Below, one piece after another: positions 1-9,018 of a stretch of 64,000 nucleotides of DNA; position 1 is the stretch's first letter, and each line of letters opens with the position of its first letter. This DNA is from Leidyana gryllorum EB-2025a (taxonomy: Eukaryota; Protista; Apicomplexa): positions 139,438 through 203,437 of the forward strand of contig JBLWGC010000216.1 in NCBI GenBank assembly GCA_048772705.1. The letters run 5' to 3'. The translations under genes and the position numbers were made by a program. The notes beneath the pieces are model-generated. The model ran no database searches, was not told the DNA's origin, and saw only the letters and a program-made list of their open reading frames with translations.

Positions 1-189
1 CGCCATAGTCAGGCTCAAAAGAGAGACATCTCAAGGCCGACTGGCAGCAGCAGAACGGACGTTAAACAGCTGTAGAATTTTCATTTGATCCAACAACAAT
101 CCTCTGACAGTTCAGCAATGTTAATTCAGGAGGAGATGTTGTGTCTATTTCTGATACCAAAAGTGGGGACGACACTTTGGTGGCCTAAG

Positions 190-237
190 GACAAAGTCAG
201 GCGGTGACAAAGTCATGCGGTGACAAAGTCATGCGGA
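190..237. repeat. 16-bp tandem repeat x3 (GACAAAGTCA[GT]GCGG[TA])
   Basis: Units read directly at 190-205, 206-221 and 222-237. Confidence 0.9.
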
Positions 238-315
238 CTGGCAGTGTCGGTATAATCACAGTAATCCACTCATAGCGTTCGCCATACCGAGACGACGCAG
301 ATAGACAACAAGCAG

Positions 316-831
316 ATGCAACAAGCAGATGCAATCTCCACATCGTACCCCACCACGACCACCAAAGAGGACAGTAACGATGTTCTAATCAAATGTCCGT
401 TGCCTTTGAGTGACAAAGCAGTAAAAAAAACTGCTATCGCCATGGGAGATATGACACGTCATCCAAGACCCATTCCCAAGCTGCAAAAAGAGCTGCGCGA
501 TTGTATCGAGAGCTATCGCAAAGGCTTCATAGACGACAATCGTCCTGAGCCATACTCAGTCGCCGATATTGAACGTCTCATGGCCCTTCTGGACTCATTT
601 TACCGTTCGATGTGCCAAGATCGGACCTCTCCTCTGACCAAAGCGCAGATTCGACAGGAGGTGGAGGACGTGATTGTGAAAATCAATCTCATTGCTGACG
701 AGACCTGTATGATAGAGACGGGAGAGCGCGAGGCCATATGCGAAATCGTACAGACGATTGCGATATCGGCCGGATATACGTTCGACGAAGGCGAATGCCC
801 CGACATTACGGAAGAATGGAGAGACTTTTGA
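316..831 (+). CDS. Hypothetical protein resembling a bacterial helical family ending in IETxERExI...DITEEWR[ED][WF]
   Basis: Intronless 171-aa ORF. The C-terminus MIETGEREAICEIV...DITEEWRDF matches my recollection of a bacterial hypothetical family. The start could be 316 or a downstream Met. Confidence 0.65.
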   Translation: MQQADAISTSYPTTTTKEDSNDVLIKCPLPLSDKAVKKTAIAMGDMTRHPRPIPKLQKELRDCIESYRKGFIDDNRPEPYSVADIERLMALLDSFYRSMCQDRTSPLTKAQIRQEVEDVIVKINLIADETCMIETGEREAICEIVQTIAISAGYTFDEGECPDITEEWRDF

Positions 832-1066
832 CTCATAACTCACCGCAAAAACTATTGCAGCAAAGCACAGACATTTCCCGCTCAAAGTTAGTCCCTCTCG
901 TTGCCTCAACGGCGGAGGAATGTGGGCACATCATCAAGAAAAAGAGTAAGAAACAATGGATAAGGGGCAATATGCCCAAACTATGATCAGAGATCAACTT
1001 TGGATCTGTGCGAAGAATAAATAATTGACACCTAACTAACATCATATTCGGAGAGATTAATCGGTG

Positions 1067-4000
1067 TTAAAACACCATCACTCCGCCAGCCAACAATGTC
1101 GTCGCTGTCAAAGCCATCAGAGAATGCTTCAATACAGATTGAGAACCACACGTTGAAGTACGCCATAAAACTGCACATCGATCCGCAGTCTGGCATCCCA
1201 TCTCGTAATTGGGGTTCAAACACCAAAAACATCCAGGCTCTGCTGAACAAGCGCCGCACGTTCGCTTCAGAGAACACTGGGGGGAAACTAATCCCGAATC
1301 AGTTGACATCAAATCACTCGTCAACATGGACGACATACTGTACGACGGGGTCACAAATCCTGAATAATTGCCTTCCGGCGTGAAATGCTCGTCCAAACTC
1401 AATGTCGTTAATAGGGTACTGCCTTTGTAATAACTTGAACTTGACGTCTCCCAATCGCTACTCGTAATCGTCGCGTTACTCCACATTGTTGTCGTACCAG
1501 TGAGCCATACCGTCTCACTGCCGCCGTAATCCTCACTCAACGTCATCTCCTCGCTCCTGCTTGTGAACACACTCGACATACTCACTGTCCAACTTCCCAT
1601 TGGCATCGATGTAGTCTCCTCACTGAAATCGTCAGTCTCTGTCGTCATACCCTCACTACTTGTCGACTCTTCCCAGATGGTGACCTCTGTGGTGTCCGTT
1701 GCTGATGTTCTTGGCTCCTCAGGCCCTGTCATGGACGCCTCAGTCGCGGTCGTGGGCTCCTCACTCGTCTCAGTGGGCTCCTCAAGGGTGGTCGGCAGCT
1801 CTTCAGACATCGTCGTCGGCTCCTCCGTATTGGTGGTCTCTGTTGTCTCATCGGTCACCGTCACTGTCGTCGGCTCCTCCGTGGCCACCTCTGTTGTCTC
1901 TTCAGCTACTGTCGTCAACTTCTCGGTATTGATCTCTGTTGTCTCTTCAGTTGACGACGCCGGCTCTTCGGTGGAGCGCGTAAACTCCTCAGTGGTCGTC
2001 GTGGGTTCCTCATTTGTGGTGGTGGGCTCTTCGGAGGGCGTCGAAGGTTCTTCGGTCCCAGTCGTAGGCTCCTCGGTGGTCGTGGTAGGTTCCTCAGTCG
2101 TAGTCGTAGGCTCCTCGGAGGTCATCGAGGGTTCCTCGGTAGTCGTTGTGAACTCCTCAGTCCCAGTCGTAGGCTCCTCAGTCGTTGTGGTGGGCTCTTC
2201 AGTCGCGGTCGTGGGCTCCTCAGTCGTAGTCGTGGGCTCCTCGGTGGTCGTTGTGGGCTCCTCAGTGGTGGTCGTCGAGGGTTCCTCGGTAGTCGTTGTG
2301 GACTCCTCAGTCCCAGTCGTGGGCTCCTCAGTCATTGTGGTGGGCTCCTCAGTCGCAGTCGTGGTCGTAGGCTCCTCGGAGGTCATCGAGGGTTCCTCGG
2401 TAGTCGTTGTGAACTCCTCAGTCCCAGTCGTAGGCTCCTCAGTCGTTGTGGTGGGCTCTTCAGTCGCGGTCGTGGGCTCCTCAGTCGTAGTCGTGGGCTC
2501 CTCGGTGGTCGTTGTGGGCTCCTCAGTGGTGGTCGTCGAGGGTTCCTCGGTAGTCGTTGTGGACTCCTCAGTCCCAGTTGTGGGCTCTTCAGTCACGGTC
2601 GTGGGCTCCTCAGTCGTAGTCGTGGGCTCCTCGGTGGTCGTGGTAGGTTCCTCAGTCGTAGTCGTGGGCTCCTCGGTGGTCGTTGTGGGCTCCTCAGTCG
2701 TTGTGGTGGGCTCCTCAGTCGCAGTCGTGGGCTCTTCGGGGGTCGTCGAGGGTTCTTCGGTAGTCGTTGTGGACTCCTCAGTCCCATTCGTGGACTCCTC
2801 GGTCGCAGTGGTGGACTCCTCAGTCGCAGTGGTGGGCTCCTCAGTCGCAGTCGTGGTCGTAGGCTCCTCGGAGGTCATCGAGGGTTCCTCGGTAGTCGTT
2901 GTGAACTCCTCAGTCCCAGTCGTAGGCTCCTCAGTCGTTGTGGTGGGCTCTTCAGTCACGGTCGTGGGCTCCTCAGTCGTAGTCGTGGGCTCCTCGGTGG
3001 TCGTGGTAGGTTCCTCAGTCGTAGTCGTGGGCTCCTCGGTGGTCGTTGTGGGCTCCTCAGTGGTGGTCGTCGAGGGTTCCTCGGTAGTCGTTGTGGACTC
3101 CTCAGTCCCAGTCGTGGGCTCCTCAGTCATTGTGGTGGGCTCCTCGGTGGTCGTGGTAGGTTCCTCAGTCGTAGTCGTGGGCTCCTCAGTGGTGCTCGTC
3201 GGCTCTTCTGTCGTTGTCGTGAGCTCCTCGGTGGTCGTAGTGGGCTCCTCAGTGGTCGTCGGCTCCTCAGTGGTAGTAGTGGGCTCCTCAGTGGTCGTCG
3301 GCTCCTCAGTGGTGGTCGTCGGCTCTTCTGTTGTTGGCGTGAGCTCCTTGGTGGTCGTGGGCGCCTCAGTCGTCGTGGTGGGTTCTTCAGTCGTCGTAGT
3401 GGGTACTTCAGTCGTAGTCGTGGGCTCCTCAGTGGTCGTAGTGGGCTCTTCATTGGTAGTTGTGGGCTCCTCAGTGGTGGTCGTCGGCTCTTCTGTTGTT
3501 GTCGTGAGCTCCCCGGTGGTCGTGGGCGCCTCAGTCGTCGTGGTGGGTTCTTCAGTCGTCGTAGTGGGTACGTCAGTCGTAGTCGTGGGCTCCTCAGTCG
3601 TCGTGGTGGGCTCCTCAGTGGTCGTTGGCGCCTCAGTGGTCGTTGTGGGTTCTTCGGTCGTCGTGGTGGGTTCTTCAGTCGTCGTGGTGGGCTCCTCGGT
3701 GGTCGTCGTGGGTTCCTCGGTGGTGGTCGTCGGCTCCTCAGTGGTCGTTGGCGCCTCAGTGGTCGTAGTGGGCTCCTCAGTGGTCCTCGTGGGCTCTTCG
3801 GTGGTCGTCAGCGCCTCAGTCGTCGTGGTGGGCTCCTCAGTCGTCGTGGTGGGCTCCTCAGTGGTCGTTGGCGCTTCAGTCGTCGTGGTGGGCTCCTCAG
3901 TCGTCGTGGTGGGCTCCTCGGTGGTCGTTGGCGCCTCAGTGGTCGTTGTGGGTTCTTCGGTCGTCGTGGTGGGCTCTTCGGTGGTCGTCGTGGGCTCCTC

Positions 4001-7000
4001 GGTGGTCGTCGGCGCCTCAGTCGTCGTGGTGGGTTCTGTAGTGGTCGTCGTCGGCTCCTCAGTCGTTGTCGTGGGCTCCTCAGTGGTCGTTGGCGCTTCA
4101 GTCGTCGTGGTGGGCTCCTCGGTGGTCGTAGTGGGCTCTTCGGTGGTCGTCGTGGGCTCCTCAGTGGTCGTCGTGAGCTCTTCGGTGGTCGTCGTGGGCT
4201 CTTCTGTCGTTGTCGTTGGCGCCTCAGTGGTCGTAGTGGGCTCTTCGGTGGTGGTCGTCGGCTCTTCTGTCGTTGTCGTTGGCGCCTCAGTGGTCGTAGT
4301 GGGCTCCTCGGTGGTCGTCGGCGCCTCAGTGGTGGTCGTGGGCTCCTCGGTGGTGGTCGTGGGCCCCTCAGTGGTGGTCGTCGGCGCCTCAGTGGTCGTA
4401 GTGGGCTCCTCAGTGGTGGTGGTGACGTCGTCACAGACCTCTATGATAGAATGGTACAATTGGTGGAGAAGATTACGACCGGAAGTTGCGATATTGACAG
4501 CAGACCGGTTGGGAATAGCAGCGAATAGATTCTTCCAGGCCACTGCGTTCGCACTCCCGGCCACGCGTTCGTCTTCGGACAGAGCAGTGAGAAGCGTTAT
4601 AGGCTTGACTTGGTTGGCTCGGAAGTGTTCCAGAAGCTGTGTTGTATCAATGGACTGATTGGGCCCTTCGTTGGCCACGAAGACGGCCACTCTCAAGACA
4701 TCGTCGCCCGACCGCCAGTTGGTGTCGATGAGATTAGAAGCGCATTGGTGCAGATTTGAGTGGTCTGAGGACTTATCTTGGGATAGATTGCTGGCGGCGA
4801 GCATCTCGTCGTCGAAAGTGCGAATGTTGAGATCGTGATCTCGGAGTAGATCGACAGGGAGACCAAAGTGTTTATCGGGATCGACGATCTGATCATCGTG
4901 CCAGAGATCCAGGAACCCGAAGTGCGTTGGTTCTACGCATGTCTCTTGATCGTCGGCGACCCACAGAGTTTTGTGTCGGATGTCGAATGGGAGCAGATCA
5001 AAGCGTAGAATTTGTATTGCGTGGCGGATGTATCTGGCGATATGAGGACGTTTAGTCCAATCTCCAAGCACGACGATGTCGAGCTTATCTCTGGGAGTAC
5101 AGGAGTCAATGACGTCTCCGTGGCGGGAACGGGGCGTGTCGTCGGTGGGGGTAAGACGTCGCTGTTGGGGGAGTTTTCGAGGATGGGCGACGGGCAGAGT
5201 CTCGGCCTCGCGGGGAATATGGTGTCGGCAGTTCCGAAGAGCCGCTTGAGCAGTAAATTCCCAGACATTGAACCCGGTGGGATTGATCGGTTTGATGATG
5301 ACGGCGGCATCCAACCCCACTTGCCAAAGAATGTGAGACCAGTTGAACCAGTGGGTGGGATGGGCGGTCAGAGGATTGTTGGTGGAGGCATAGGGCACTG
5401 CGATGACCAGATGTACGTTCCGATCATAGATTGCGTCGGTAATGCGGCGAAGGAGGTCGTAGACGTGTTGGTTCACAGGTGGGGGATCGTGGGAAGTGAA
5501 GATTAGTACCCATCCTTCTTCGGGAGTTAGATCAGTCTGCTCCAAGAAAATTCTCTGTAACTCTATCCAGAAGGGATGATCCTGTGCGTCGTCGTTAGAG
5601 TTCGACCAGTCAATCTCAGGAGTGGGATAATCCTGTTTTGCTAACCAATTTGGATCGCCTTCGCCGAGGGCTGCTGCGTAGTCGTCATCCGACCGATGTC
5701 CGCATTGCAGACTGATAGGTACACCGCTCCAATCGAGCTGATCCCAGGTACCGGGTGAACCTCTTATGACATCGCCCCCTTCCGAGGTGAGATGTGTCAT
5801 ACTGAGGCTTTTGGTGAGAGTGGAGGTGTCAACAGCCATTTGTTTGCGGAGACAGGTCAGCAGGGAATCGAGTCTCCATCGACTCTGATCCAACATGAGA
5901 TGAATGGAAGAGGAAGGCGGTTTCTCAGTGTTCATCGCACCCTTCCGGTTGGGGCAGAGGTTGACTATGGGGTCCCATACAAACCCAGGAGACGGGAGGA
6001 ACTCAGCGTCACAAGATTGGATGATTTTATAGTTTAGCCAACGGGGATATTCAACGAAACTCTGACTGAATAGATCGGTGTGGAATCTCGGATGATTGTT
6101 AGTGAGACGCGGCAAACTGTCTTTGATCTCGCGACCGCTGAAAGTGTAAGTTGGATCCACTCCCCATTGAGCGATTGATATATGTGCAGCTGCTGAGTTG
6201 AGCACAGTATTGATATTCGCAGCAAAAATGTTGCGGTCATAATCGCCCGGCTGGTCAAACGTCATAAAAACCATTCCAGCTCGACCCTGAATCTGAATGT
6301 CCATATTGTAAGCCAGACACTGTAGAATTCCGTAGTCCTCGCCGGCTCTGTGTCCGGCCTCATACAGAGCCGTCTCCGCCTCGAAATCCTGCGTCAGAGT
6401 GGTGTCATTGTTTCGAACACTCATTTTCCAGTCGCTGCCCGCCACTTCAGGACTCGCGTGTGTCATCTGGTACAGATAGCTCGGGATCACATTCTCAAAC
6501 TGACGTGCGGGATAGATCATGTAACAGTATGTGTCAGCACCGCGCGACACGATATACCAAGTTTCCCATAAAGAGGGGTACTTTCGCTGTTCTCGCCACC
6601 CTATGACTGCTTGCCGTCCGGCGAAGCCGAGCATCCGAGTGGCGGTCCCAGATCGGCGATCCAAGGTGTAGAAGGTTGGGATCGTGAGTCGAAGATCACA
6701 AATCTCAGCGATCTCTCTGTACGGTACCATAAGATCATGGGCACGAACTCGCGGCGATAAAGCGAGAACTTGAGACACTCGCTGTACTGTGGAGTGCCAG
6801 ATCTGATATCCAGACGGATTGTACCCATCCACAACTGGAAGGCCATCTATGTTCCATCGATAAAGGAACTCTCGCCAGTCATTCCTGACCGCATTTGTGG
6901 CCAAGTCTTGTGGTATGCGAATGAGCAGTCGGATTTCCCCGTGAAAGATTCTGTCTCGCAAACGTTTGACCACTCGTTGATCGCCGACCCATTTGGGAGG

Positions 7001-8980
7001 GGGAGAGTGGGTGAAGAGCACCAAAAAAGCGCCTTTCGGCAGCTTCTCCGCTTCGTGAGCCAATGCGTCCAATACGGTCCATCGGTCGTCTCCGACAACG
7101 TGGCTGGGAGGTTCCCAACTGAATTGATAGGAGGCATCGGTCTCATCAGAATTCTCAAACCATCCTCGAGCCTGAGTCCAGGTGAGCGCCAAATCATAGT
7201 CGACTACGTCGTCGCACACGGCCCCAAAGTCTATAGGCTTATCGAGAGTCGAGGCCTTCTCACCACCAGCCCACTCAACAAAGGTTCGGCCCTCTGGGGC
7301 AGTTCGGTCATAAAACATTTGTAGTTTGATGCAGTCGAGAGACCGCTCGAATCTGTTCGGTATCACTGAGGGAGACGAGTGGTCCGCCATGATGGTGATA
7401 GAGTCTGTGTGGGTCAGCTCGGCAGGTAGCCGCCAGGTGCCTCTCTTGTAGGTATTACGCTGTTGTTTCAGACACATTCCCGCAATGAGAGAGTACAAAG
7501 CTGCCCCAAAATCAATGAGGTCGGGGTGAACAATTTCCCGATGATGCCGCCATCGTCTCAACAGGTCTCCATCGAGTGTATCGTGAAAGAGAGACGCCGG
7601 TTTATTGGTGCTCTTATCCACAGAGATACTGATATACCCAATTTCAGCGAGCGGCTTGTTGCCATTGGGGAAGGAGTACCACCACGGAGAGTCCTTTCCG
7701 ACCATCACTAAGGTCGAATCCAATCCTCGGGTCAGCGACACCATGAATTTGTGAGAATCCGTTGGGACGCGACCCCACAGCACCGACTCAACCTCGACGA
7801 TCAGTTGGTCCATACACGAACTCCACCAGTTCACCTCTTCCGACTTGTCGATATCGTCAAAGGAATGCATCAACTCATACAGATCGGCTTGCGGAGGCAC
7901 ATCACTCCATTCACCGTTTTCATTCATGAGATCGGTCCAATCCTCGCTGTTCAACAGGTTGCTGATAGCCTCTGCGCCCGAACTCCACTGGCCAGAGAAA
8001 CGATCACAGCGTCCACGATTGAGCGCTAATGTCAATGAGGCCGATAAACCCGCACGTTCCCACGCCGCAACTATCGGTATGAAAGCTGATCGGAATGCAA
8101 TGGCCAAAGCGGGATTTTCAAGTGGGTTGGCGACGAGATTCATAGAGATTGGCCGATGTCCACAAGTCTCAATGAGTTCGTCATACTCGCCAGGCAGGGG
8201 CTCGGGAGGTACCGGCGAGGTGTTCCGACACTGCAGCCCGAACGCTGGGCCGAGATCATCCAGCCAAGCATCTTCACCTGATGGCGTGTAGGTAGTGACG
8301 ACTGCATCACCGTCGAGACCCAGTGCCCATACACGTCTCTTCCAGGCCAGCGCGCGACGTTCCTTCCCGTCGTCGCTGGAATGCGTTGGGACGCCAATAA
8401 CCATTACATTGTTTCGTTGAGTGATGAGAGTTGTGATGTGATCTTTTTGTTCTTTGGTCGGATATGGAGGCAGAGTGGTTGCCATGACAAAGAGGGCGGC
8501 ATTTTCTGGTAGAGTACTCAGAGCCCTGAATGTTTCAATGATCACTTCCCATAAAGGAGACTGTTCTTCCTCAAAGTCCCGGGTGGCGTCATATGGAGTC
8601 GCACGTTCCCAGGTGGATGGGTCGCTCAGATGGCTGCCGAACAGTTGATTGTAATAGTCACGTGTAAGGCCGGTTTCGCACGGGCTCTGGATCTCCTGGT
8701 AGAATCCGGGGCAGCAGGGATAGGAACTCGTGTATACGATGCTGCGAGATCCATCGCGGTGAAAGTGACTCAGTGTATAAAACAAAGGTGGCAGTACCGT
8801 TAGAGCATCGGTTCTCAGTTGGTCGCCAACACACCCCAAACCAAGTTCGTTGTTAATACCTGTCTCTTGCACTACAATCATGTGTCTTCCCAGCAGCTCG
8901 CATGAGCCAATGTCGACATCTTCATCACTCCTCCCGAAACCACCAAATAGAGAGAATAACAACAACAAAGTACTGAACAT
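1067..8980 (-). CDS. Giant surface mucin/adhesin: signal peptide, three ~500-aa repeats with vWA/integrin-beta-like modules, Thr/Glu/Pro stalk, PSI-like Cys module, C-terminal GPI-type signal
   Basis: Uninterrupted 2637-aa ORF. N-terminal MFSTLLLLFSLFGG, TTTEEP repeats, CSLKRTCGACSAEPGCFWC, and a hydrophobic end with no cytoplasmic tail. Confidence 0.9.
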   Translation of the reverse strand: MFSTLLLLFSLFGGFGRSDEDVDIGSCELLGRHMIVVQETGINNELGLGCVGDQLRTDALTVLPPLFYTLSHFHRDGSRSIVYTSSYPCCPGFYQEIQSPCETGLTRDYYNQLFGSHLSDPSTWERATPYDATRDFEEEQSPLWEVIIETFRALSTLPENAALFVMATTLPPYPTKEQKDHITTLITQRNNVMVIGVPTHSSDDGKERRALAWKRRVWALGLDGDAVVTTYTPSGEDAWLDDLGPAFGLQCRNTSPVPPEPLPGEYDELIETCGHRPISMNLVANPLENPALAIAFRSAFIPIVAAWERAGLSASLTLALNRGRCDRFSGQWSSGAEAISNLLNSEDWTDLMNENGEWSDVPPQADLYELMHSFDDIDKSEEVNWWSSCMDQLIVEVESVLWGRVPTDSHKFMVSLTRGLDSTLVMVGKDSPWWYSFPNGNKPLAEIGYISISVDKSTNKPASLFHDTLDGDLLRRWRHHREIVHPDLIDFGAALYSLIAGMCLKQQRNTYKRGTWRLPAELTHTDSITIMADHSSPSVIPNRFERSLDCIKLQMFYDRTAPEGRTFVEWAGGEKASTLDKPIDFGAVCDDVVDYDLALTWTQARGWFENSDETDASYQFSWEPPSHVVGDDRWTVLDALAHEAEKLPKGAFLVLFTHSPPPKWVGDQRVVKRLRDRIFHGEIRLLIRIPQDLATNAVRNDWREFLYRWNIDGLPVVDGYNPSGYQIWHSTVQRVSQVLALSPRVRAHDLMVPYREIAEICDLRLTIPTFYTLDRRSGTATRMLGFAGRQAVIGWREQRKYPSLWETWYIVSRGADTYCYMIYPARQFENVIPSYLYQMTHASPEVAGSDWKMSVRNNDTTLTQDFEAETALYEAGHRAGEDYGILQCLAYNMDIQIQGRAGMVFMTFDQPGDYDRNIFAANINTVLNSAAAHISIAQWGVDPTYTFSGREIKDSLPRLTNNHPRFHTDLFSQSFVEYPRWLNYKIIQSCDAEFLPSPGFVWDPIVNLCPNRKGAMNTEKPPSSSIHLMLDQSRWRLDSLLTCLRKQMAVDTSTLTKSLSMTHLTSEGGDVIRGSPGTWDQLDWSGVPISLQCGHRSDDDYAAALGEGDPNWLAKQDYPTPEIDWSNSNDDAQDHPFWIELQRIFLEQTDLTPEEGWVLIFTSHDPPPVNQHVYDLLRRITDAIYDRNVHLVIAVPYASTNNPLTAHPTHWFNWSHILWQVGLDAAVIIKPINPTGFNVWEFTAQAALRNCRHHIPREAETLPVAHPRKLPQQRRLTPTDDTPRSRHGDVIDSCTPRDKLDIVVLGDWTKRPHIARYIRHAIQILRFDLLPFDIRHKTLWVADDQETCVEPTHFGFLDLWHDDQIVDPDKHFGLPVDLLRDHDLNIRTFDDEMLAASNLSQDKSSDHSNLHQCASNLIDTNWRSGDDVLRVAVFVANEGPNQSIDTTQLLEHFRANQVKPITLLTALSEDERVAGSANAVAWKNLFAAIPNRSAVNIATSGRNLLHQLYHSIIEVCDDVTTTTEEPTTTTEAPTTTTEGPTTTTEEPTTTTEAPTTTEEPTTTTEAPTTTTEEPTTTTEEPTTTTEAPTTTTEEPTTTTEELTTTTEEPTTTTEEPTTTTEEPTTTTEAPTTTEEPTTTTEEPTTTTTEPTTTTEAPTTTEEPTTTTEEPTTTTEEPTTTTEAPTTTEEPTTTTEEPTTTTEAPTTTEEPTTTTEEPTTTTEALTTTEEPTRTTEEPTTTTEAPTTTEEPTTTTEEPTTTTEEPTTTTEEPTTTTEEPTTTTEAPTTTEEPTTTTEEPTTTTDVPTTTTEEPTTTTEAPTTTGELTTTTEEPTTTTEEPTTTNEEPTTTTEEPTTTTEVPTTTTEEPTTTTEAPTTTKELTPTTEEPTTTTEEPTTTEEPTTTTEEPTTTEEPTTTTEELTTTTEEPTSTTEEPTTTTEEPTTTTEEPTTMTEEPTTGTEESTTTTEEPSTTTTEEPTTTTEEPTTTTEEPTTTTEEPTTTTEEPTTVTEEPTTTTEEPTTGTEEFTTTTEEPSMTSEEPTTTTATEEPTTATEESTTATEESTNGTEESTTTTEEPSTTPEEPTTATEEPTTTTEEPTTTTEEPTTTTEEPTTTTEEPTTTTEEPTTVTEEPTTGTEESTTTTEEPSTTTTEEPTTTTEEPTTTTEEPTTATEEPTTTTEEPTTGTEEFTTTTEEPSMTSEEPTTTTATEEPTTMTEEPTTGTEESTTTTEEPSTTTTEEPTTTTEEPTTTTEEPTTATEEPTTTTEEPTTGTEEFTTTTEEPSMTSEEPTTTTEEPTTTTEEPTTGTEEPSTPSEEPTTTNEEPTTTTEEFTRSTEEPASSTEETTEINTEKLTTVAEETTEVATEEPTTVTVTDETTETTNTEEPTTMSEELPTTLEEPTETSEEPTTATEASMTGPEEPRTSATDTTEVTIWEESTSSEGMTTETDDFSEETTSMPMGSWTVSMSSVFTSRSEEMTLSEDYGGSETVWLTGTTTMWSNATITSSDWETSSSSYYKGSTLLTTLSLDEHFTPEGNYSGFVTPSYSMSSMLTSDLMSTDSGLVSPQCSLKRTCGACSAEPGCFWCLNPNYEMGCQTADRCAVLWRTSTCGSQSVLKHSLMALTATTLLAGGVMVF
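1960..4425 (-). repeat. Coding minisatellite of 18/21-bp units encoding TTT(T)EEP/TTTEAP, with higher-order blocks
   Basis: Repeats seen directly. A block starting GTCGTAGGCTCCTCGGAGGTCATCG recurs at 2103, 2364 and 2856. Confidence 0.95.
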
Positions 8981-9018
8981 TGAGTTTCAAGCACGAAGGA
9001 ATGATCAAAAAGTCCAGG

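Noticed and set aside
1563-4658. 1031-aa Val/Gly/Ser ORF on the plus strand, and Arg/Pro-rich alternative-frame ORFs
   Set aside because: Antisense and frame shadows of the TTTEEP repeat; they are confined to the repeat and lack independent features.
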